From Negativicutes bacterium (GTDB lineage: Bacteria > Bacillota > Negativicutes > UBA1444): a stretch of DNA of 64,000 nt. How positions within the stretch are numbered: position 1 is the first letter of the stretch; the number at the start of each line of letters is the position of its first letter. The stretch spans positions 64,001 to 128,000 of the forward strand of contig CAXXIN010000004.1 of the NCBI GenBank assembly GCA_963665275.2, given 5' to 3'. Below are positions 19,563-29,835 of the stretch, in pieces. Made by a program: the position numbers and the translations under genes. Under the pieces are notes generated by a model. That model was not told the origin of the DNA. It made no database searches and saw nothing but the letters and a program-made list of their open reading frames with translations.

Positions 19563-20639
19563 CTATTCGTAAACTTTAGCAGTTTCTTCTCCGTGCAGTA
19601 CCCTGAGTGCGCCCTGTGACAAAGCCAGCAGTTCATCCTCACCCGGATAGACCATGAATTTTCCCATAAATTGGACCCGTTCACGGATCCATTCCACCAG
19701 AAGCTTGGAATAGGCCAGTCCACCGGTCAATACAATGGCATCGAATTGACCATTGACGACCGTTGTCATCGCTCCGATTTCTTTGGCAATTTGATAGGCC
19801 ATAGCCTGATAAACCAGTTTCGCCTGTTCGTCGCCTGCTTCGATCCGCCCTTCCACTTCCCGGGCGTCACCCGTTCCCAGATGTGCAGTCAGTCCGCCGA
19901 GTCCGATCATCTTCCGCATCATCTCCTGGAAAGTATAACGACCGGAGTAACAGAGTTCGACGAGCGGACTGAGTGGCAGATATCCCGTGCGCTCCGGGGA
20001 AAATGCACCTCCGTCCATCGGGTTACAGACATCGATCATCCGGCCATTTTGCTGCACGGCGAAAGAAATTCCCCCGCCCAAATGTCCCATGACCAGTGTC
20101 ACATCTTCGAGATTTTTGCCCAGATCGTGTGCTGCCCTGCGAGCGGTCGCCTTTAAGTTCAGTGCATGAAAAATGCTCCGGCGGGGCATCTCCGGCCAGC
20201 CGCTAATCCTAGCAATCGGTTCCATCTCATCCACACAAACCGGATCAACGATGAAAGCAGGCAGGGAGTGTGGCTTCGCAAGCCCACGGGCAATCAGGCC
20301 TCCCAAGTTTGAGGCATGATGCGTCTGTACCCGGTGGTAAAGATCATCCACCATGGCATCATTGACCTCATAAGTCCCGCCCGAAATCGGCTTCAGTGCG
20401 CCGCCTCGTCCTACTACGGCATCCAGGTCCGATACAGCAAACCCATGCTTCAAGAGGGCTTTTTCCACCATATCCATGCGATAATCATATTGTTCGTAGA
20501 TATCGGCAAAAGCGGCTATCTCCTCCGTACTGTGCCGGATGACTTCCTCAAACAGGTCTTTTCCTTCTTCATATACGGCGATTTTCGTTGAGGTTGACCC
20601 CGGATTGATCGCTAATACCTTGAATTTTTTTTTCATCAT
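19563..20639 (-). CDS. buk: Butyrate (branched-chain carboxylate) kinase
   Basis: INPGSTSTK, HASNLG, VDPVCVDE, FHALN, HLGGGIS, PGEDE. Confidence 0.95.
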   Translation of the reverse strand: MMKKKFKVLAINPGSTSTKIAVYEEGKDLFEEVIRHSTEEIAAFADIYEQYDYRMDMVEKALLKHGFAVSDLDAVVGRGGALKPISGGTYEVNDAMVDDLYHRVQTHHASNLGGLIARGLAKPHSLPAFIVDPVCVDEMEPIARISGWPEMPRRSIFHALNLKATARRAAHDLGKNLEDVTLVMGHLGGGISFAVQQNGRMIDVCNPMDGGAFSPERTGYLPLSPLVELCYSGRYTFQEMMRKMIGLGGLTAHLGTGDAREVEGRIEAGDEQAKLVYQAMAYQIAKEIGAMTTVVNGQFDAIVLTGGLAYSKLLVEWIRERVQFMGKFMVYPGEDELLALSQGALRVLHGEETAKVYE

Positions 20640-20687
20640 GATTCCTCTTTTCATTTGTATTTGTTCAAACTCCAATTTAGCTTGAAC

Positions 20688-22394
20688 TCATGCCGTCATT
20701 GCAGCAGTTTTCAGCGCAATGGCCGACTGTACCATCTCAGCCGCATTTTCCAGTCCGGCCTTGGTGATTGGATCCCCGCCAATCATTCGCGCCAGCTCGA
20801 AGAGTCTCTCCTCTGGCGAAAGTTTTTTCACGAAGGTTTGCGTCCGATTCTCGAGCACGCGCTTTTCAATGTGAATATGGCAATCAGCCATCGAAGCAAT
20901 CTGCGGCAGATGCGTGATACAAAGAACCTGTTTTTGTGAAGCGACTTGCCCGATTTTTTCCGCCACCTTGCGCGCCGTATGCCCGCCTACCCCTGAGTCA
21001 ATCTCGTCAAAAACCATGACTTGCGCTCCGTCGTTGCGGGCACAGACAGTTTTGATAGCCAGAGCTACCCGCGACAATTCGCCGCCAGAGGCTACTTTGG
21101 CCAAGAGACGCAATTCTTCTCCCGGATTGGCCGAAAACTCAAACCGGACGCTATCCCGTCCTGATGACGAATAGTGCTCATTGGAAACGACATGGACAGC
21201 AAACCGCCCTCCGGGCATTCCCAGATCCCGCAAATGAACTCCGATCGATTGACTCATGATTTCGGCGGCCTTCACACGCTGATCGCTCAGTTCGCTCGCG
21301 CGAGCAACCATTATTTGTTCCTGCTGCGCCAACAGCTTACGCAGGTCCTGCAGGACCTCGTCATGCCGCTCGAGGGTCGCAAGTTCTTCCCGGGCGTTAC
21401 CTCCATAAGCGAGTACCTCGGAAACCGTTGTCCCATATTTCTGTTTCAGCCGATAAATCAAATCCATGCGTTCTTGAAGCTTGGCCAGCTTGACTGGATC
21501 AAATTCAACCTGGTCGAGATAATCCCGCAAACCAGGGGACATGTCCTCCAACTGGACCAACAACTCCGAAATCTGTTGGGCATACGAAGCAAGACTACTG
21601 TCAAATCGCGCGGCGTTTTCCAGATTTCGCCGACAATCCTGCAAAAGATCGAGCGCGCTTTTGCTTTGTCGTCCGCCCTCAGAAAGGCAATTCCAGGCAG
21701 CGCCCACAGAGGCGCTGATTTTTTCCGCATTTGTTAACAAAGTGACTTGACGCGGCAATTCTTCCTCTTCCGTATCCCGCAGCCGAGCCGCTTCGATTTC
21801 ATTCACCTGCCACTTCAGCATGTCGATTCGTTGAACCCGCTGCCGCTCGTCTTTGTTCACGGTCGCAATTTTTTCTGCGGTTTGCCGCCACGCAGCGAAG
21901 CTCTCCCGATAACGGGCCAGCCTCTCTACAATATGCTCATCAGATCCATCCAAAAGATCGATATAGGATTCCGGGCGCAACAAAGCCTGGTTCTCATGTT
22001 GCCCATGCATGTCGAGCAACATGTCGCCGATGCCGCGCAATAGAGAAAGCGGTGCATGTGTTCCGTTCAGCAATACCGTGTTTTTCCCTTGGCGTGAAAC
22101 GGAGCGGCTGATAAACATCAGGCCGTCCTCTTCTGTCGGAATGGCCTGACCGGCCAAAAACGACAGCACCTTGGGATGGTGCTGCAAATCGAACACCGCC
22201 TCAACGCGAAACTGTTCACTGCCGCTGCGAATCATCTCGACCGAAGAACGCCCGCCCAGAACGACGCTTAGCGCATCAATAACGATCGACTTCCCGGCTC
22301 CGGTTTCGCCGGTCAGAACGTTGAACCCCGGAGAGAACTCGATTTCAGTCTGCTCAATCAGGGCAAAGTTGAATACCTTCAATACCTGTAACAA
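20688..22394 (-). CDS. recN: DNA repair protein RecN
   Basis: LTGETGAGKS, ASGGELSR, FDEIDSG, ITHLPQIA. Confidence 0.96.
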   Translation of the reverse strand: MLQVLKVFNFALIEQTEIEFSPGFNVLTGETGAGKSIVIDALSVVLGGRSSVEMIRSGSEQFRVEAVFDLQHHPKVLSFLAGQAIPTEEDGLMFISRSVSRQGKNTVLLNGTHAPLSLLRGIGDMLLDMHGQHENQALLRPESYIDLLDGSDEHIVERLARYRESFAAWRQTAEKIATVNKDERQRVQRIDMLKWQVNEIEAARLRDTEEEELPRQVTLLTNAEKISASVGAAWNCLSEGGRQSKSALDLLQDCRRNLENAARFDSSLASYAQQISELLVQLEDMSPGLRDYLDQVEFDPVKLAKLQERMDLIYRLKQKYGTTVSEVLAYGGNAREELATLERHDEVLQDLRKLLAQQEQIMVARASELSDQRVKAAEIMSQSIGVHLRDLGMPGGRFAVHVVSNEHYSSSGRDSVRFEFSANPGEELRLLAKVASGGELSRVALAIKTVCARNDGAQVMVFDEIDSGVGGHTARKVAEKIGQVASQKQVLCITHLPQIASMADCHIHIEKRVLENRTQTFVKKLSPEERLFELARMIGGDPITKAGLENAAEMVQSAIALKTAAMTA

Positions 22395-22405
22395 GCAAAT
22401 CGCCT

Positions 22406-22855
22406 CTACATAATCGATTCAAAACGTTCTTTAACAGTATCAACAATTTTTTCCGGTTTGACAACCAGGAAAATCGTATCGTCTCCGGCAACGGTGCCGA
22501 TGATTTCGGGCCAGCGGACATTATCCAGCACATAGGCCACAGCCTGGGCCGTTCCAGGCAACGTGCGCAGCACAATGATATTACCGCTGCTATTGATGGA
22601 CAGGACCGAATCCTGAAAGGTCTTCTCCAGCCGGGCCACCGAAACTGTGGCATTATGGTCGGAGGGGAACGCATAGCGATAATTACCGTCTCCTGTTGGA
22701 ACCTTTACCAACATCATTTCCTTGATGTCCCTGGAGACCGTAGCCTGCGTTACATCGATACCTTCACCCCGTAGCGCTTCGGCCAGCTCATCCTGGGTTC
22801 TGATGACGAGTCGATCCACGATTTCCTTCACTCGGGTCTGGCGGTGTGTCTTCAT
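22406..22855 (-). CDS. argR: Arginine repressor
   Basis: TQATVSRDIKE, GTVAGDDT. Confidence 0.95.
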   Translation of the reverse strand: MKTHRQTRVKEIVDRLVIRTQDELAEALRGEGIDVTQATVSRDIKEMMLVKVPTGDGNYRYAFPSDHNATVSVARLEKTFQDSVLSINSSGNIIVLRTLPGTAQAVAYVLDNVRWPEIIGTVAGDDTIFLVVKPEKIVDTVKERFESIM

Positions 22856-23426
22856 GATGGTTCCTCCCCGTTTTACCAATAGAATAAAGGATGGCTGGAT
22901 TGTTTTTCTGGTTGATGAAACTGAGTCGGGTTATCGAAAACCGGGTTTGTGGCAACGTCGAAAGGTACGACTCAAGAAAATCGTATTCCTGCCGTCCCGG
23001 TTCATGACCTGGATAAGCAACGATCGAGATTCGTCCTGCCGGCGCCAACAGTCCTAGCAACCCATCAAGTGCAGGTTTCAGGGACTCCGGTTTGGTGGTG
23101 ATTGAATGATCCTGCCCTGGTAAGTAGCCCAGATTAAAAACCGCTGCGTGGACCGGTTCCCTTACATAGTCTGTCAGCGCTCTGTGATCCGCCTGGATCA
23201 GTTGAACCCGATCACGAACTCCCTGACTTTCCAGGAGTGCGTCACAGGATACGATAGCGGCGCTTTGAATATCAAACGCCCATATCCGGCAATCCGGCCG
23301 CGTTCTTCGGCATAAAAACAAAACATCATGTCCATTACCCGCGGTCGCATCCACCACGCATCCGGCCTGCGACAGAGCCGGTTCCAGAAAAAGTTGGGCC
23401 GCGTCCAGCGCGTTACGTGGGATCAT
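22788..23426 (-). CDS. Class I SAM-dependent methyltransferase, YtqB/MnmM-like
   Basis: VDATAGNGHD, AFDIQ, FNLGYLPG, YPGH. Confidence 0.88.
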   Translation of the reverse strand: MIPRNALDAAQLFLEPALSQAGCVVDATAGNGHDVLFLCRRTRPDCRIWAFDIQSAAIVSCDALLESQGVRDRVQLIQADHRALTDYVREPVHAAVFNLGYLPGQDHSITTKPESLKPALDGLLGLLAPAGRISIVAYPGHEPGRQEYDFLESYLSTLPQTRFSITRLSFINQKNNPAILYSIGKTGRNHHEDTPPDPSEGNRGSTRHQNPG

Positions 23427-24282
23427 CCGGATCACTTCGCCTAAGTTTGGTGCGCAGGGATTCATAAAAACTGCCGCCGTTAAACTTGATAAACCGGGCA
23501 CGGTAAGGTGAACTCCTCACCAGTATTTTGTCGCATGACTTCAGGTTGTACAAGGTCTGCCCATCAATCGTCAACACGATGTCGTCATGGGTCGCCAAGG
23601 TTTCGATCCGGATCGCTTCTTTATCTGAAACCACAAGCGAGCGAGTATTGAGACTATGGGGGCAAATCGGTGTGATAATGGTGACTTTCAGGTTGGGACT
23701 GACGATTGGGCCGCCGGCTGAAAGCGAGTAGCCGGTAGAGCCGGTAGACGTCGACACGATCAGCCCATCCGCCGGATAATTGGCTGTCATGTGGTCATCG
23801 ATAAAGAGTTTGAGCCGGATCATCCGTGAAAAGCCACCTTTGGCAACCACCACGTCATTGAGAGCCGGGACCGCTACGATCGCCCCCTCAGGCCGATCAA
23901 TGACAGCTTCCAGCATCGGGCGTTCTTCGATGTAATAATCGCCGCGAAGGATCCGCTCCATCGCCGGCGCCAGATCAGCCAGTTCAATTTCGGTAAGAAA
24001 GCCGAGCTGTCCCATATTGATGCCGCAGACAGGCACCCCCTGCGAGGCCACTTCGCGGGTCGTGCTAAGCAGGGTTCCATCTCCGCCCAACGTCAGCGCC
24101 AGCGTCAATTCTTCGCCGAGTCTCGCACGATTGCACCCCAGTTCCGGATGATTCATCAATGCGGCAGCTTCCTCCGGCATGAGCACCTGAACGTTCTTCT
24201 CCTGCAAATAATGGATCAGCCAGTCAAGAACAGTCGAAACCCCTTCTTTTTTAGTGTTGGGGAATAGCCCGATAGTTAACAA
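23413..24282 (-). CDS. nadK: NAD kinase
   Basis: LGGDGTLL, LND, DGLIVSTSTGSTGYSLSAGGP. Confidence 0.95.
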   Translation of the reverse strand: MLTIGLFPNTKKEGVSTVLDWLIHYLQEKNVQVLMPEEAAALMNHPELGCNRARLGEELTLALTLGGDGTLLSTTREVASQGVPVCGINMGQLGFLTEIELADLAPAMERILRGDYYIEERPMLEAVIDRPEGAIVAVPALNDVVVAKGGFSRMIRLKLFIDDHMTANYPADGLIVSTSTGSTGYSLSAGGPIVSPNLKVTIITPICPHSLNTRSLVVSDKEAIRIETLATHDDIVLTIDGQTLYNLKSCDKILVRSSPYRARFIKFNGGSFYESLRTKLRRSDPDDPT

Positions 24283-24286
24283 AACA

Positions 24287-25102
24287 CTACCTCCGTATTG
24301 GTTGAAGCGTAAGATGTGCAGCAGCCACGGTCTCGGAAACAGCGGCGGAAAAATTTTCCTGCGGTGAGGCCGAAACCGAAAGGTGCAGCAGATATTCTAT
24401 ATTTCCTTCCGGGCCGGTAATCGGCGAATAGCTGACATGGACCGAGTTCAGTCCAATCCCCGCTGCACAGGCCGCTACACGGTTGATGACTTCTTCATGA
24501 ATGACAGGATCTTTCACGACGCCTTTTTTACCGACCTGTTCCCGGCCAGCCTCAAATTGAGGTTTAACCAGCACCACCAGCTCTCCGGCAGGACTTAAAA
24601 GGGGAGGAAGTGCTGGCAGTACTTTGGTCAGGGAAATAAAAGACAGGTCCGCACTGATGAAGTCAACCGGTGAACCAATCATCTCCAGCGTCAGATACCT
24701 GGCGTTGGTCCTCTCCAGCACCGTCACCCGGGGATCGTTGCGCAACGTCCAGGCCAGTTGGCCATACCCGACGTCAACCGCAATGACATGAATTGCTCCC
24801 CGTTGCAGCGCACAATCTGTAAAGCCGCCGGTCGAAGCCCCCAGGTCAAGCATCCGACGCCCGGACAGTTCAATCGCAAAAGCATCCAAGGCCTTGACCA
24901 GCTTCAGCCCGCCCCGGCTGACAAACGGATTGGATTTCCCTGTGAAAACCAGCTCGGCAGTTTCTGAGACCAACGTGCCCGCCTTATCGACGCGCTGCCC
25001 ATTCACCGTTATCTGTCCAGCCAATATCAATGCTTTTGCCTGGTCCCGTCCCGTGGCCAAGCCCGTTTGGACTACCAGTACATCAAGCCGTTGTTGCGAC
25101 AC
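24287..25102 (-). CDS. tlyA: TlyA family rRNA 2'-O-methyltransferase
   Basis: S4 domain; VSRGGLKL, DLGASTGGFTD, KPQFE; GTG 25102 follows GAGGTG. Confidence 0.94.
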   Translation of the reverse strand: MSQQRLDVLVVQTGLATGRDQAKALILAGQITVNGQRVDKAGTLVSETAELVFTGKSNPFVSRGGLKLVKALDAFAIELSGRRMLDLGASTGGFTDCALQRGAIHVIAVDVGYGQLAWTLRNDPRVTVLERTNARYLTLEMIGSPVDFISADLSFISLTKVLPALPPLLSPAGELVVLVKPQFEAGREQVGKKGVVKDPVIHEEVINRVAACAAGIGLNSVHVSYSPITGPEGNIEYLLHLSVSASPQENFSAAVSETVAAAHLTLQPIRR

Positions 25103-26981
25103 AGGTATCCACCTCGATAAATTCACGAACACGCTTCGCAACGCTCGTTGGATCTAATTTCAGGCATGTCAGCAGTTCTTCGCGCGATCCTTGTTCGACA
25201 AAGCAGTCCGGCAAACCCAGACGCAGAATCCTGGGTCCCACGATATCAGCACAGTTGAGGCTTTCCATCACAGCAGACCCGAAGCCGCCCATCAGGCTGT
25301 TTTCCTCAAGTGTCACGATCCAGCGGGCTTTCCTGGCTACTGCAACCAGCAGTTTCTCATCCAGGGGTTTAATAAATCGGGCGTTCACCACTCCCGCGTG
25401 AATCCCTTTTGTTTCAAGAATCTCGGCAGCTTTCATCGCCGTCTGAACCATCGAGCCAACCGCCAAAAAGACCAACTCACTCCCCTGACGCAGCCATTCG
25501 CCGCGACCAACCGGTAACAGGGCGGGCACTGCAGGCATAATAAAGCCTTCGCTTCGTCCCCGGGGATAACGAAGCAGGACCGGCCCGTCCAAGTGCAGAG
25601 CCGTATAGAGCATATCCCGCAGTTCCGCTTCGTCTTTGGGCGCCATAACCGTCAGATTGGGAATGGACCTGGAAAAAGAAAGGTCGAACGCCCCATGATG
25701 GGTGGGTCCGTCTTCGCCCACGATTCCGGCGCGGTCAAGGGCCAGGATCACCGGCAGGTTTTGCAGGCAGACATCATGAATGAGGTTATCAAACGCCCGT
25801 TGCGAGAAGGTTGAATATACAGCAACCACGGGACGTTTCCCCTGCGAAGCCAGTCCTGCCGCCATCGTCACGGCATGTTGTTCGGCAATGCCTACATCAA
25901 AGAATCGTTCCGGATATTTCTTTGCGAACTTATCCAGACCCGTCCCATCGGACATCGCAGCGGTAATGCCAACCAGATCAGGAATCTTCTCCGCCATTTC
26001 AACCATGGCATCACCAAACACAGACGTATAAGTCTGCGCCTGCGGCCCCTTGAGCGACTTGCCTGACTCCACGCAAAAAGGTCCGACACCGTGAAATTTA
26101 TCCGCCTGACACTCGGCCGGGGCGTACCCTTTGCCTTTCTGCGTCAAAACATGCACCAGAACCGGCGTACGAATACTCTTTGCTTTTTCCATCACTTCAA
26201 TGAGAAGCGGTAGATTATGCCCGTCGATTGGACCCAAATAGGTGAATCCCAACTCTTCAAAGAACATTCCCGGTACCAACAGATACTTTACGCTGTCCTT
26301 CATCCGTTCCGCCGTATTGGCAACACTTTCGCCAATGGCGGGAATCCGGCGCAAAAAGAATTCGATGTTATGTTTCGCCCAGGAATAAGTCGGCGTCAAG
26401 CGCATTTTGGCGAGATAGTGGGACACTGCACCGACATTTTTACTGATCGACATCTCATTGTCGTTTAAAACCACAATCAGGTCACGGTGCAGATGACCGG
26501 CATGGTTCAGACCTTCGAAAGCCAGGCCGCCTGTCAGGGAACCGTCACCGATCACGGCGATCACTTTATTCTTTTCCCCGCGCATGTCGCGTGCCAGCGC
26601 AATCCCCAAAGCCGCAGAGATCGAAGTGCTGGAATGGCCTGCACCAAATGCGTCGTGCACGCTCTCATCCCGACGGGGAAAACCGCAGAGCCCCTTGTAA
26701 GTCCGTAGCGAAGCAAAGCTGTCACGGCGCCCGGTCAAAATTTTATGGACATAGGATTGATGCCCCACATCGAATACGATTTTATCCTTAGGCGTGTCAA
26801 ACACCTTGTGCAAAGCCAAGGTAAGCTCAACGACCCCCAAATTAGATGCCAGATGGCCGCCGTTGTGGGAAACCGTCTGAATCATCAAATCCCGGATCTC
26901 CTGGGCCAGGGCATCTAGCTCTTCCATCGATAGCTTCGCAAGATCATCAGGCGAGCAAATATGATCCAAATAACAGCTCAA
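25083..26981 (-). CDS. dxs: 1-deoxy-D-xylulose-5-phosphate synthase
   Basis: GGHLASNLG, DVGHQSY, GDGSLTGG, IAEQHA, DRAGIVGEDGPTH; TTG 26981 follows AAAGGAG. Confidence 0.96.
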   Translation of the reverse strand: MSCYLDHICSPDDLAKLSMEELDALAQEIRDLMIQTVSHNGGHLASNLGVVELTLALHKVFDTPKDKIVFDVGHQSYVHKILTGRRDSFASLRTYKGLCGFPRRDESVHDAFGAGHSSTSISAALGIALARDMRGEKNKVIAVIGDGSLTGGLAFEGLNHAGHLHRDLIVVLNDNEMSISKNVGAVSHYLAKMRLTPTYSWAKHNIEFFLRRIPAIGESVANTAERMKDSVKYLLVPGMFFEELGFTYLGPIDGHNLPLLIEVMEKAKSIRTPVLVHVLTQKGKGYAPAECQADKFHGVGPFCVESGKSLKGPQAQTYTSVFGDAMVEMAEKIPDLVGITAAMSDGTGLDKFAKKYPERFFDVGIAEQHAVTMAAGLASQGKRPVVAVYSTFSQRAFDNLIHDVCLQNLPVILALDRAGIVGEDGPTHHGAFDLSFSRSIPNLTVMAPKDEAELRDMLYTALHLDGPVLLRYPRGRSEGFIMPAVPALLPVGRGEWLRQGSELVFLAVGSMVQTAMKAAEILETKGIHAGVVNARFIKPLDEKLLVAVARKARWIVTLEENSLMGGFGSAVMESLNCADIVGPRILRLGLPDCFVEQGSREELLTCLKLDPTSVAKRVREFIEVDTCVATTA

Positions 26982-26995
26982 GAAAAGAACTCCTT

Positions 26996-27454
26996 TCAGG
27001 TGTAAATGACGCGGCAGACAAACCAACCGACAAATAAGCCCTGTATTGCTCCTGCCAACACTTCCAGCGGTGAATGGCCGATCAGTTCTTTCAGGCGGAT
27101 ATTTTTCAGCGGATGCTCCGTTTTTAATTCCTGCACAATGCGGTTGATCGCGCGGGCATGACGGCCCGCATGACGGCGGACGCCGGCGGCATCATACATC
27201 ACGATGCCTGATAAAACAAAGGAAATAGCAAAAAACGGACTGTCAAAGCCAACAGTGAGCCCAGAAGCAACCGTCGTAGCCACGACCATAGCCGAGTGGG
27301 AGCTGGGCATCCCTCCCGCGCCGGTAATGCGTTCCCAGCGAAAATCTCCCCGCCAAAGATCCCGCCCTAGTTTTGTCAGTTGAGCCACGGTCCAGGCGGC
27401 AATCGCCGACATGAAAACCTGATTGCGGAGCAAAGCGGCCAACCATTCATTCAT
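26996..27454 (-). CDS. Divergent PAP2 family protein (DUF212)
   Basis: GGMPSSHS, VMYDAAGVRR, ELIGHSPLEV. Confidence 0.9.
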   Translation of the reverse strand: MNEWLAALLRNQVFMSAIAAWTVAQLTKLGRDLWRGDFRWERITGAGGMPSSHSAMVVATTVASGLTVGFDSPFFAISFVLSGIVMYDAAGVRRHAGRHARAINRIVQELKTEHPLKNIRLKELIGHSPLEVLAGAIQGLFVGWFVCRVIYT

Positions 27455-27464
27455 ATTCAATCCC

Positions 27465-28343
27465 TCAATTATCTCGCGATAGCAGATATTCCGACAGACT
27501 CCGGAGAACTCCCGCCTTATCGCCAAAACGTTCAAGAGCCCGCACCGATTCATCCACTGCACATTTTGCCATCTGCCGTGCCTCCGGCAGAGAATATACG
27601 GAAACATAGGTCGCCTTGTGATTCTTCTCATCGCTGCCGACCGGTTTCCCCAGCATCGCCTCCGAGCCGGTGACATCCAAAATGTCGTCCGTGATCTGAA
27701 ACGCGAGCCCAAATTGTTCCGCATACTCCGTCAGGCTTTGCACTTCGTCGTCGGAAGCTTCAGCCAGCAAAGCTCCGACGCGCAAACTGGCCCGGAATAG
27801 TGCACCGGTTTTCAAGCGATGCATCAGAGTCATGATTTCCGGCATCGGCTGCTGGCCTTCGGATCCCAGATCGATCGCCTGACCACCGACCATACCGGAC
27901 GGACCGGCCGCCTGCGCCACTTCCTGCGCTACCTTTACCAAGGTCGCGGGCGCAGCATCCGGCTGCGACAACAGCGTTTCAAAGGCCAGTGTCAATAGCC
28001 CATCTCCGGCCAACACGGCCATCCCTTCGCCGAACACCTTGTGATTGGTGAGGCGTCCCCGCCGGTAGTCGTCATCATCCATGGCCGGCAGATCATCGTG
28101 GATGAGAGAATAGGTGTGAATCATCTCCAGCGCGCAGGCTGAATGCAGGAACCGCCGCCCGTCGCTGCCTGCCGCATCGGCCGCAGCCATCAGCAAAATA
28201 GGCCTCAGTCGCTTGCCGCCGGCGAACAGACTATAACGCATGGTCTCCATCATCCGGGCCAAAGGACCCGACTGTTCCGGAACCAGCGTCTGCATATAGT
28301 CTTCAACCAGGATTTGTCGTTCTTTCAAATATTTACGCCACAT
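27465..28343 (-). CDS. ispA: Farnesyl diphosphate synthase
   Basis: GGKRLRP, SLIHDDLPAMDDDDYRRG, FQITDDILD. Confidence 0.95.
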   Translation of the reverse strand: MWRKYLKERQILVEDYMQTLVPEQSGPLARMMETMRYSLFAGGKRLRPILLMAAADAAGSDGRRFLHSACALEMIHTYSLIHDDLPAMDDDDYRRGRLTNHKVFGEGMAVLAGDGLLTLAFETLLSQPDAAPATLVKVAQEVAQAAGPSGMVGGQAIDLGSEGQQPMPEIMTLMHRLKTGALFRASLRVGALLAEASDDEVQSLTEYAEQFGLAFQITDDILDVTGSEAMLGKPVGSDEKNHKATYVSVYSLPEARQMAKCAVDESVRALERFGDKAGVLRSLSEYLLSRDN

Positions 28344-28603
28344 TACTCTGCCTCCGGCAAGGTCAGTTCGATTTCCGACAAAACCCCATCCGATTCCTTA
28401 ATGACTTTATTAACGGCGGTTTCAGCTGCCTGAAGCTGCTGAAGACAAAACTGCGACAGTTCCGTTCCCTCTGCATGTTTTTGCATGGCAACCTCAAGCG
28501 GGAGTTCACCGCGTTCCATCTCTTCCACCAACAGTTCCAGACGCGCCAGAGCCTCGTCAAAACTTAGCCCAGTCACAGCAGACTTAACGCTTTTCTTCTT
28601 CAC
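28343..28603 (-). CDS. xseB: Exodeoxyribonuclease VII small subunit
   Basis: SFDEALARLE..V..ME.GELPLE; synteny. Confidence 0.9.
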   Translation of the reverse strand: MKKKSVKSAVTGLSFDEALARLELLVEEMERGELPLEVAMQKHAEGTELSQFCLQQLQAAETAVNKVIKESDGVLSEIELTLPEAE

Positions 28604-29835
28604 GAATGTCTCACCTTCTCCGTTTCAGTCACTACGACTCCCAGTCGTCCTTCCTGCAGCCAAACTTCCAGAGAGTCCCCTGTCTCTACCGTTTCCGCCC
28701 GGCGGACAATCGCCCCGTCCGGCCGTCGCACTACACTGTATCCCCGCTGCAGTACCTTCATTGGATTGAGCATGTTCAGCTTCTCATCCGCCAGCTGCCA
28801 ACGCCGGGTTCGTCGCTCGATCACTTTCACGATAGCGGCCGTCAGTCTTTCCTGACATTGATCTAACGTTTGCATCCGTTCCCGCAGGAGTTCCTGCGGA
28901 CGACGGAACAAGCTGGAAGTCAGACATCGCTCCAGTCTGAGACGTCGCCGGATCACCCGATGTTTCAAGGACTGGTTCAACCGCTGTTGTGCTGATTGCA
29001 GCCGCCTGAGCAGCTCCGTTCTGTCCGGAACAACAAGCTCGGCGGCCTGGGATGGAGTCGCGGCCCGCAAATCAGCCGCGAAATCACTTAAGGAAAAATC
29101 CGTCTGATGCCCCACTGCCGAAACGATTGGCGTCACTGCCGCCGCGATGGCGCGAACAACCTGTTCGTCGTTAAAGGCCCACAAATCTTCTACACTGCCG
29201 CCACCGCGCCCGATGATGATCACATCCACACGCCCCGAGCGATCCAGCAGCTTGATTCCCCGTACGATCTGCGCCGGAGCTTCATCACCCTGAACCTGCA
29301 CCGGCAGCAGCAGAATGGGAATCCCAGGATGCCGCCGCTGCGCGACTGACACGATATCCCGGATCACCGCGCCAGTCGGTGACGTCACGACGCCGATAGC
29401 CCGCGGTAGAAGCGGCAGCGGCTTTTTAAGACTTTCTTCAAACAAGCCTTCGGCCAAAAGTTTTTCACGCAACCTGGCAAAAGCGACGCTCAAGTCTCCC
29501 TGGCCATCCGCAGTCATGGAATCTGCATACAACTGGTATGTTCCGTCGCGCTCATAAATGGAAACATGCCCAGAAACGCGGACTCTAGCCCCGTCTGCAG
29601 GCGCAAAGCGCAAACTCACGGCACGACTGCGGAACATCACACACCGGATGGAGGCGCCGGCATCTTTAATCGTGAAATAACAGTGACCCGAATAATGCCG
29701 ACGAAAATTCGACAGTTCTCCTCCGACACGAACCCGGCCCAAGACCGAATCTGCATCAAACAGGCGTCGGATATAGGAAGTCAGCTCCGTCACGCTGAGT
29801 GCATCAGTATCCTGCAAATCCTTCAGTCTGTTCAC
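28600..29835 (-). CDS. xseA: Exodeoxyribonuclease VII large subunit
   Basis: GELSNF, SGHCYF, RGGGSVEDLWAFN, ADLRAATPS. Confidence 0.95.
   Translation of the reverse strand: MNRLKDLQDTDALSVTELTSYIRRLFDADSVLGRVRVGGELSNFRRHYSGHCYFTIKDAGASIRCVMFRSRAVSLRFAPADGARVRVSGHVSIYERDGTYQLYADSMTADGQGDLSVAFARLREKLLAEGLFEESLKKPLPLLPRAIGVVTSPTGAVIRDIVSVAQRRHPGIPILLLPVQVQGDEAPAQIVRGIKLLDRSGRVDVIIIGRGGGSVEDLWAFNDEQVVRAIAAAVTPIVSAVGHQTDFSLSDFAADLRAATPSQAAELVVPDRTELLRRLQSAQQRLNQSLKHRVIRRRLRLERCLTSSLFRRPQELLRERMQTLDQCQERLTAAIVKVIERRTRRWQLADEKLNMLNPMKVLQRGYSVVRRPDGAIVRRAETVETGDSLEVWLQEGRLGVVVTETEKVRHS

Noticed and set aside
24287-25102. tlyA as a haemolysin/virulence gene
   Set aside because: It is the conserved dxs-tlyA-nadK rRNA methyltransferase.
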